Shown in pieces: positions 27,806 through 33,993 of a DNA stretch of 33,993 bases. The position numbers and the translations under genes were made by a program. Source of the stretch: an uncultured delta proteobacterium (GTDB taxonomy: Bacteria > Desulfobacterota > Binatia > UBA9968); NCBI GenBank assembly GCA_963840855.1, contig CAWJBB010000064.1, positions 1-33,993 on the forward strand, written 5' to 3'. The notes under the pieces were generated by a model, which saw only the letters and a program-made list of their open reading frames with translations, had not been told where the DNA came from and made no database searches. Numbering within the stretch: position 1 is the first letter of the stretch; every line of letters starts with the position of its first letter.

Positions 27806-28357
27806 TCAACCGTCTGTCTTCGTATCCGCCGCGGTACCGGCCAATAACGCGAAAGCTTCTCTGATCGCTTCTTGATCGGCGGCATCGGCCAGCTTGGCGG
27901 CGAGTCTTTTTAGTTCTTGTTGGCTCGACGCGCTGAACTCAACTCGCAGTCGGCCGCCCTCGAGTCCGATCGGCGCTGAGAGTGTGATCTCAGGCTGCAA
28001 TTTCAGCGCGGCGATGCGCGCCCTGAGCGCATCCTCGGTCTGGGCGAGCCGGGGGAATCTTTGCCGTCTCACCTCTTCCTTAATGCGCTTGAGCTTGTCG
28101 GCGCGGCCCAAGCGCGGGTCAGTTTGGATATCCGCGATGACTCTGTCCGCCAGGATCGCGTCGATGGCGCGGCCATCGCGCAGCGCGATCTCCTCGAGCC
28201 AGTCCATGAGATCGCGCAAATGATTTTCACCGATCTTAAGTGCCAGGGCGAGCCGGCACAGCGCGGCGCTAGCCGGCGGTTCCCAGCCCAACCAGCGCGT
28301 GAGAGTCCGCGGATGAAATCCCCGCGCCTTGGCGTACTCCCGAACTTGGTCCTGCAT
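27806..28357 (-). CDS. Hypothetical protein resembling the C-terminal half of ParB-like proteins
   Basis: 183 aa, helical; GGAG RBS; C-terminal EGGRLRVEFSASSQQELKRL resembles the ParB dimerisation beta-beta-alpha pattern; no GxxRxxA CTPase motif. Confidence 0.6.
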   Translation of the reverse strand: MQDQVREYAKARGFHPRTLTRWLGWEPPASAALCRLALALKIGENHLRDLMDWLEEIALRDGRAIDAILADRVIADIQTDPRLGRADKLKRIKEEVRRQRFPRLAQTEDALRARIAALKLQPEITLSAPIGLEGGRLRVEFSASSQQELKRLAAKLADAADQEAIREAFALLAGTAADTKTDG

Positions 28358-29273
28358 TATTTACCGGCTCCAAAATGGACTGGTCAAACTCATCCCGGAT
28401 TGCTTCAAAGGCCAGCGCATCGCCTTCGCGGCCCCGTTTTCTCGCGCCCGCCGCGAGAACGGAAACTTTGCGCTCTAACTCGGCCAGAACCCACTGGCGG
28501 CGCTCGCCTGCGAGACCGGAACGCAATAGTTTTTGCAGCGACGCGACGCGAAAGCGGTCCATGCCCCACACGGAATGTGAAAGCTGGTCTATATGCCCTC
28601 CCCGTTTGACGACCAGCGCTTGCGCCAACAACGGCACCGTATGATCGACGGCGGTGCGCAGCCAGAGATCGTAGTCTTCACACACCGGCAGCGCTTCATC
28701 AAATCCGCCGACCTTGTGAAACAACGCGCGCGTGATCATGACCGCCGAAGGGCTCACCAGGCAGAGTTCGAGACTGCGCTTAAAAATATCGCCGGAGGGT
28801 TTGCGATGCCTGGCTTTGGGATTGACGCGCGCGCCGCCGCGAATCCAGATCTCTTCGGTTTGGCAAATGCCGACTTCGGGATGTTCTTCCATGAACCCCA
28901 TTTGCGCCGCCAACTTCTCTGGCAGCCATAGATCGTCCGAATCCAAAAAAGCCAAATAACAACCTTTGGCGGCACTCACTCCCACATTGCGCGCCGCCGC
29001 GACACCACGGCGCGGCTGGCGGATGACCCGAATCGGGGCGCCCAGCCGGCGTAATTTCACTTCAGACTCATCCGTGGAACCATCATCGACGACGATCAGC
29101 TCAAAGTCAGTGAAAGTCTGCGCCAGCACGGATTCCACCGCTTCCCGGAGCATGGGCCAGCGATTATACGTCGGAATGATGACGCTTACGCAAGGTGACA
29201 AGAGCTGCTTTGTACCTTTCACTGATTTGGCGTCCGCGATGTAAACCAACCCTGAGGCAGGGAAGCCGGTCAA
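28269..29273 (-). CDS. Glycosyltransferase family 2 (GT-A)
   Basis: VSVIIPTYNR, VVDDGSTD, AAARN.G, AFLDSDD, GGFDE...CEDYDLWLR; TTG start overlaps the upstream TGA; no TM segments. Confidence 0.92.
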   Translation of the reverse strand: MTGFPASGLVYIADAKSVKGTKQLLSPCVSVIIPTYNRWPMLREAVESVLAQTFTDFELIVVDDGSTDESEVKLRRLGAPIRVIRQPRRGVAAARNVGVSAAKGCYLAFLDSDDLWLPEKLAAQMGFMEEHPEVGICQTEEIWIRGGARVNPKARHRKPSGDIFKRSLELCLVSPSAVMITRALFHKVGGFDEALPVCEDYDLWLRTAVDHTVPLLAQALVVKRGGHIDQLSHSVWGMDRFRVASLQKLLRSGLAGERRQWVLAELERKVSVLAAGARKRGREGDALAFEAIRDEFDQSILEPVNNAGPSSGVRQGAGISSADSHALVGLGTAG

Positions 29274-29701
29274 AGAAAACTTTCCATCTTTTTGAAAAAC
29301 TGCTCCACCATCATCTTAGTTACGCCGTTTAGCATCCGCTGGCCAATGGCGGCGATCAGCCCACCCACCTGGGCATCGGTGCTGTACTTGAGCAGCGTTT
29401 TGCCGCCCAGTTCTTCAAGATCAATGGCCAAATCGCCGCGCATGAAGCCCGGCCCCCCCTGGCCTTCACCGCTGAGCACGTAATGCGACGGTGCCTTTTT
29501 ATCTTTGATGCTGACTTTGCCTTTGTATGTTCCCTTTACCGAGGCAATGCCCACCTTCATGACGGCTTCGTATTGATCCGGCGCTATTTCGTTCATGCTT
29601 TCACAACCGGGCATACACTGCTTCATGGTCTTGGCGTCGAGCAAAACCTGCCAGACCCGCTCCCGCGGCGCATTCAGCGTATAGCTACCTTCGATCTTCA
29701 A
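29270..29701 (-). CDS. coxG: CoxG/SRPBCC family protein
   Basis: APRERVWQ.LLD....QCMPGCE, VGIASVKGTY.G, AQVGGLIAAIGQR; strong GAGGAGG RBS before TTG. Confidence 0.85.
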   Translation of the reverse strand: MKIEGSYTLNAPRERVWQVLLDAKTMKQCMPGCESMNEIAPDQYEAVMKVGIASVKGTYKGKVSIKDKKAPSHYVLSGEGQGGPGFMRGDLAIDLEELGGKTLLKYSTDAQVGGLIAAIGQRMLNGVTKMMVEQFFKKMESFL

Positions 29702-29986
29702 GCTGCCCTTCCTCCTCGTTTAAGCGGCCCGCGGCTTCTATTCGCGCCGATAAACACATAATAAACGAAGCCGCTTCGCGGGCGAGATTTTGACCCCGCC
29801 CTTGAACAAAGGGGATGCTCGTCCCCTTCGGAAACCCCATAATGTTGGTCTCGTCACAAGAGGCGGAGTCTACATAGAATAATTGTGCAAAAACAATAAC
29901 GTTCAGCGCGGGAAAACACAACCCTGGCGCGCCGCGCAGATTGTTATTGAATAGGCGCTTTAGGTTCGCTACACTTGACTGAAATC

Positions 29987-32023
29987 ATGCGTTCTTTCGC
30001 CAGCTTACTCATCGCAATTTGCATGATTGCCGGATTACCGGCGGCACTCCATGCCGACGAAATGGAGCAACTCGCAATTTTCGCCAAGGCCCACGCGCTC
30101 TACACGCAGGGAAACAACACCGGCGCGCGGGATCTTTTTCGCCAGACTCTAAGTGAAAAATTCCCCCTGGCCGACTACAGCCTCTATTATCTGGCAACGA
30201 TCGCATTTGCCGAAAAAGCCTGGGACGAGTGCCGGCGCATGGTCGCCCGCCTCAAGCGCGAATTCCCGCAGAGCCTGTGGGTCCATGCCGCGGAGCTGCA
30301 ACAGGTAAAGGCCGACCTCGCCGAGAAAAAATTCTCTGAAGCGGCGGCGGTGCTTCGTTCTCTGCGCTCAAAAAGAGCGGTAAAGAACGATATTCTCGAA
30401 GAAGCATTGTTTCTCCAAGCCCAGACGTCAGGCGATACCAAGCAGGCCTACGATCTCTACCAGCAATTGCGCGAGCAATTCCCGAACTCGCAGTGGACGC
30501 CTGCGGCGCGCCGCGAACAGGCGCTCCTGAGAGAAAAACAGCCGGAGAATTTCCCTTTCCACACGGTCGCCTCATCGATCGCCGATGCCGATCAGTTGAT
30601 CCGCGAGCACGCCTACGGCGAAGCTGAAATCATGTTGAAAAGACTCCTGAATAACGCCGAAGATCCCGATCTCAAGCTCCGCCTTTTGAACAAGCTCTCA
30701 GGACTCTACCTCACGGTGCGCCGGAGACCCGACGCGGTCCCGTTGCTGGAACAGATCGCGCGCGATTACCCTGAAACCACCGACGCCCCCAAGGCGCTCT
30801 ATCAGATCGGCCAGATCCTCTGGAATCGCCACGACAACGCCGCGGCGTTGGAGGTTTTCAAGCAGCTCATGGCGCGCTATCCGACTAGCTCCGTCGTCGA
30901 TCGAGCCTTCTATGCCGCCGGTGATATCCAAGAGTGGATGGGAAACAAAGACCAGGCTGTCGCGCACTACAATATCTTGAGGGTGGAATTCCCGGGTAGC
31001 CAGGTGCGCGACGACGCCACCTGGCGGCTCGCTTGGCTGTATTACCGCGCCGGTGAACTGTCTGAAGCCTATCGAACCTTCAAACTCCTGGCCTCGGAGG
31101 CGCGCGAGAGCGCGCTCAAAACCGCGGCGCATTATTGGCAAGGGCGTGCGGCCGAAAAGGCCGGCGACGGCGAACTCGCCAAGCGGATTTACAGCGAGGT
31201 TTACGAGGCCGGCGCGGAAAGTTATTACCAGGCGCTCGCCGCCAACGCCCTCGCCAAGCTTGGCGCCCCGGTGCGACAGCAAAATTTCGACCGGCCTCGG
31301 CGCGGCCGCGATCCCGACCCCCCCAACACGCCTCGTATCGCTTTTCACCTCGTGCGGGCGCGGGCGTTATCGGCGCTGGCACTGCGCTCGCTGGCCGCGG
31401 CGGAGATCGGTGCCATCGAAGATCTTGCGGGAACCGACAACGAGGCGCGGCTCTTTTTATCGCGCGAGTATTTCAAAAATCAGGCTTATCGCAGAAGCCT
31501 CGCCCTGGCCACACAGCTTCCCGTTTCCGAAACCGAACGCGACTATTACCGTTTTCCACTGGCCCACTGGGATTTGATCCAAAGCAAGGCCCATGAACTT
31601 GGAATGGACCCTTATTTGATTCTGGCGCTGATTCGCCAGGAAAGCCTGTTCGACGCCCGCGCGCGCTCGCCCGCGGTTGCTCTCGGTTTGATGCAGCTCC
31701 TGCCATCGACCGCCGCCCGCGTGGCTAGCCGCATCGGCATGCCTGCGCCTTCCAATGAAAAGTTGTTCGACCCCGAGGTCAATCTCACCCTTGGGACGCA
31801 ATACTTGAAAGACCTAATGCAGCGCTATTCCAATAGTTGGTTCAAGGCCATCGCCGCCTATAATGCCGGCGAGGCCGCGGTGGACCGCTGGGAAAAAGAA
31901 ATCATCACCGACGACATCGAAGAGTTTGTCGAGCGCATCCCCTATCTCGAAACCCGCGGCTATGTAAAGCTGGTGATGCGCAATCATCGCATTTACAAAA
32001 GACTCTACGAGCAAAAGAAATGA
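29987..32023 (+). CDS. TPR-repeat soluble lytic transglycosylase (Slt family)
   Basis: Signal peptide, many TPR-like repeats, SLT motifs ALIRQESLF (catalytic Glu), GLMQLLPST, AAYNAG, ETRGYV; start 29987 or 29975. Confidence 0.92.
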   Translation: MRSFASLLIAICMIAGLPAALHADEMEQLAIFAKAHALYTQGNNTGARDLFRQTLSEKFPLADYSLYYLATIAFAEKAWDECRRMVARLKREFPQSLWVHAAELQQVKADLAEKKFSEAAAVLRSLRSKRAVKNDILEEALFLQAQTSGDTKQAYDLYQQLREQFPNSQWTPAARREQALLREKQPENFPFHTVASSIADADQLIREHAYGEAEIMLKRLLNNAEDPDLKLRLLNKLSGLYLTVRRRPDAVPLLEQIARDYPETTDAPKALYQIGQILWNRHDNAAALEVFKQLMARYPTSSVVDRAFYAAGDIQEWMGNKDQAVAHYNILRVEFPGSQVRDDATWRLAWLYYRAGELSEAYRTFKLLASEARESALKTAAHYWQGRAAEKAGDGELAKRIYSEVYEAGAESYYQALAANALAKLGAPVRQQNFDRPRRGRDPDPPNTPRIAFHLVRARALSALALRSLAAAEIGAIEDLAGTDNEARLFLSREYFKNQAYRRSLALATQLPVSETERDYYRFPLAHWDLIQSKAHELGMDPYLILALIRQESLFDARARSPAVALGLMQLLPSTAARVASRIGMPAPSNEKLFDPEVNLTLGTQYLKDLMQRYSNSWFKAIAAYNAGEAAVDRWEKEIITDDIEEFVERIPYLETRGYVKLVMRNHRIYKRLYEQKK

Positions 32024-32775
32024 ACCGCCGCGGGACTCCTGTCATCGGCATTACCGCCGATCTCGATCAGGCGAAACGCGATGAGAACGGCGCTCACCGC
32101 GAGGCGACCCATTTTCTCCCCCACCGCTACTGTCGCGCGGTTGAAAACGCCGGCGGGGTGGCGCTGATATTGCCGGCCATGAATTCCAGAGCCGCGCTGA
32201 AACGGCTCTTTGACCTGGTGGACGGCCTTTTGATCAGCGGCGGCGATTTCGACATTCATCCGAGTTTTTACGGCGAAAAACCGATTCCCGGTCTCGGCGT
32301 GATCAAACAGGCGCGCACCGAGTTCGAGCTCGATCTTACCGCTGCGGCGCTCAAACGCGACCTTCCGGTGCTCGGGTTATGCGGCGGCGAGCAGGCGATC
32401 AACGTCGTCTTGGGCGGCTCGCTTTACCAGGACATCCCGACACAACTGCCCCAGGCCGCCAATCATCAACAAGGTCATAAGAAAAATGCCGGAGGCCATC
32501 GAATCCTCGTCCATCAGCGCACGCGGCTCCGAGAAATCCTCCGGCGTCCGAGCGTCGGAGTGAATACCACGCATCATCAAGCGGTGAAAGATACCGGCAA
32601 GGGATTGATCGTCAACGCCACGGCGGAAGACGGATTGATCGAAGGGATAGAGAGCGAACGGCACTCATTCGTATTGGGACTTCAGTGGCATCCCGAGGTG
32701 CTGGCGGCCCGCTACGAGCATCAGCGCAGGATATTCAAATCCTTTATCCGCGCCTGCAGGCACCCTCAAAGCTAA
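32020..32775 (+). CDS. Peptidase C26 / gamma-glutamyl-gamma-aminobutyrate hydrolase family (class I glutamine amidotransferase fold)
   Basis: PVIGIT, DGLLISGG..DI.P, LGLCGGEQ (catalytic Cys), VNTTHHQAV, GLQWHPE; ATGA overlap with the slt gene. Confidence 0.9.
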   Translation: MNRRGTPVIGITADLDQAKRDENGAHREATHFLPHRYCRAVENAGGVALILPAMNSRAALKRLFDLVDGLLISGGDFDIHPSFYGEKPIPGLGVIKQARTEFELDLTAAALKRDLPVLGLCGGEQAINVVLGGSLYQDIPTQLPQAANHQQGHKKNAGGHRILVHQRTRLREILRRPSVGVNTTHHQAVKDTGKGLIVNATAEDGLIEGIESERHSFVLGLQWHPEVLAARYEHQRRIFKSFIRACRHPQS

Positions 32776-32900
32776 AGCGCGCGGCGGGCGAAGGCGTAAG
32801 TGAAGTCGCTGACTTCTACGTAAAACAATCTTAAAATAGTCTAAGAATAAAAACCCGACCGAGTTTCCAACGCCAGATACCTCGAGCAATTCCACCGTCA

Positions 32901-33710
32901 CTAAGAGCTTCCGATTTCAGAGTTCTCCTGTAGCAAACGCCGGAACCTTGCCTTATGTATCGCCGCTTCGAACTCATTGCGGAGCTTTCCGTTCGTAATT
33001 TCCCGGCTGATGAGTCCGATTAGATTTTCGAGTTTGGCCTGTGGAAATTTGTCGTGAGATTCGCCTAGGGCGCGAATTTGATCGCGTACGACGAAGGGAG
33101 CCATCGGGCCCATGACTTCGGTCAGGCGCCCCACCAGGACAGTTAGCAGCTCCGTAGAGACGATGTTTTCCGCCGTTGAGGCGACTACAGCCACGAGCCC
33201 TGCCTTGCATAGATCGGAAAATAATTTCAATGTCTCCGCGTATGGAGCTTTGAGAGCTGCGGCGATTTCCTCAACGGTGTGCCGGGCATCGACCTTGCAC
33301 AACACCTGCCACGCGGCATGTGGGATCGTAATGGGACCAGCACCTTCCTCGGCTAAATCGGAAAGCTGAAACACGCATTGCGGTGATGGGATCACTTCGC
33401 GGGCGGATTCCAATTCCCGACGCATCGCTCTTACAGCCTCTAAGATCTGTTCGGAGCTTCTCTGAATTGTCCTGGCGGACGCGCTCCGATTAGCTTGTAA
33501 CGCGAAGAAGCCCTCATCCCACGTGATCGGGTAATAAATAGCCTTTTCTCCGTCACCGATAGGCGAAGTCGCGTGCACTATGTCGCCGTCTTTAAAAAAA
33601 CCCTCGACCGTTTCGTCGCCGCGGCGCAACATGAGACCGCCAGTTCTCATACCTGCCGTAGCGAGCAACAGGATTTCGAACAAGTCAAATTCCGAAAGCT
33701 TGCCTTGCAT
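32901..33710 (-). CDS. DUF4388 (PatA_N) domain protein
   Basis: Start moved to MQGKLSEFDLFEIL (33710, GAGGA RBS); TG.L.L.....G.FF.DG.IVHA and W.EG.F motifs; central W.VL..VD...TV.EIA wHTH-like segment. Confidence 0.82.
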   Translation of the reverse strand: MQGKLSEFDLFEILLLATAGMRTGGLMLRRGDETVEGFFKDGDIVHATSPIGDGEKAIYYPITWDEGFFALQANRSASARTIQRSSEQILEAVRAMRRELESAREVIPSPQCVFQLSDLAEEGAGPITIPHAAWQVLCKVDARHTVEEIAAALKAPYAETLKLFSDLCKAGLVAVVASTAENIVSTELLTVLVGRLTEVMGPMAPFVVRDQIRALGESHDKFPQAKLENLIGLISREITNGKLRNEFEAAIHKARFRRLLQENSEIGSS

Positions 33711-33993
33711 AGGCCATTCCTCATCAATTGAGTTTTGCTTTTCTGGGTCGTTGAAAAGACCTGGGGCTCTAAGACAAGACTTGACATAGCAGACTACCTC
33801 ACATTGTGCCAGAGTCGCTCGGGCGCAATCACCAGATCGGCTATGGCTAGGCACCGGACACTGCAATTTGTACAAATCTCCATATCGACTTCGAGGTGTC
33901 CCCTGTACCGTTTCGGGCAACGTTTCCTGAACCGGTCGATCGATTCGATCAGGATACTGAATGGTCATTGGTCGGCGTACAAGATGGGGAAAA

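Noticed and set aside
29808-29838. Hairpin AAGGGGA-TGCTCG-TCCCCTT followed by CGGAAACCCC as an ncRNA or riboswitch
   Set aside because: Short stem only; no recognisable Rfam-type consensus by eye; an Infernal scan would be needed
33711-33968. 86-aa N-terminal extension of the DUF4388 ORF
   Set aside because: The domain begins at MQGKL with its own RBS; the extension looks like non-coding read-through

Overview
A 34-kb chromosomal window from a moderately GC-rich bacterium. Gene content and paralog families suggest a deltaproteobacterial lineage such as Ca. Binatia (inference). 1-10.7 kb: an ABC-importer island with four AfuA/FbpA-like (SBP_bac_6) binding proteins, two convergent FbpB/ThiP-type permeases and an ABhydrolase_10-like protein, but no ATPase. 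10.7-11.6 kb: a decayed NitT/TauT binding-protein gene whose Shine-Dalgarno appears to have been split from its ATG by an internally deleted IS21 remnant. 11.8-14.5 kb: a probably leaderless TetR, a hypothetical protein and ctpA. 14.7-22 kb: a sigma54-controlled surface-glycan locus with one intact NtrC-type activator, a UDP-sugar dehydrogenase, two near-consensus -24/-12 promoters and three degenerate-looking components (WecB with altered catalytic motifs, a histidine kinase with Lys at H+1, a PrsR-like regulator lacking its AAA+ domain). 22-29.7 kb: a tightly packed minus-strand run coxG-like / GT2 / ParB-C-terminus-like / SPL-like radical SAM / murI, then a 1196-aa SecA with a ~270-aa helical insertion in the VAR region. 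30-34 kb: a TPR-Slt transglycosylase coupled to a C26 gamma-glutamyl hydrolase, and a DUF4388 protein. No rRNA, tRNA or CRISPR seen. All family calls are by motif recognition; no database searches were run.
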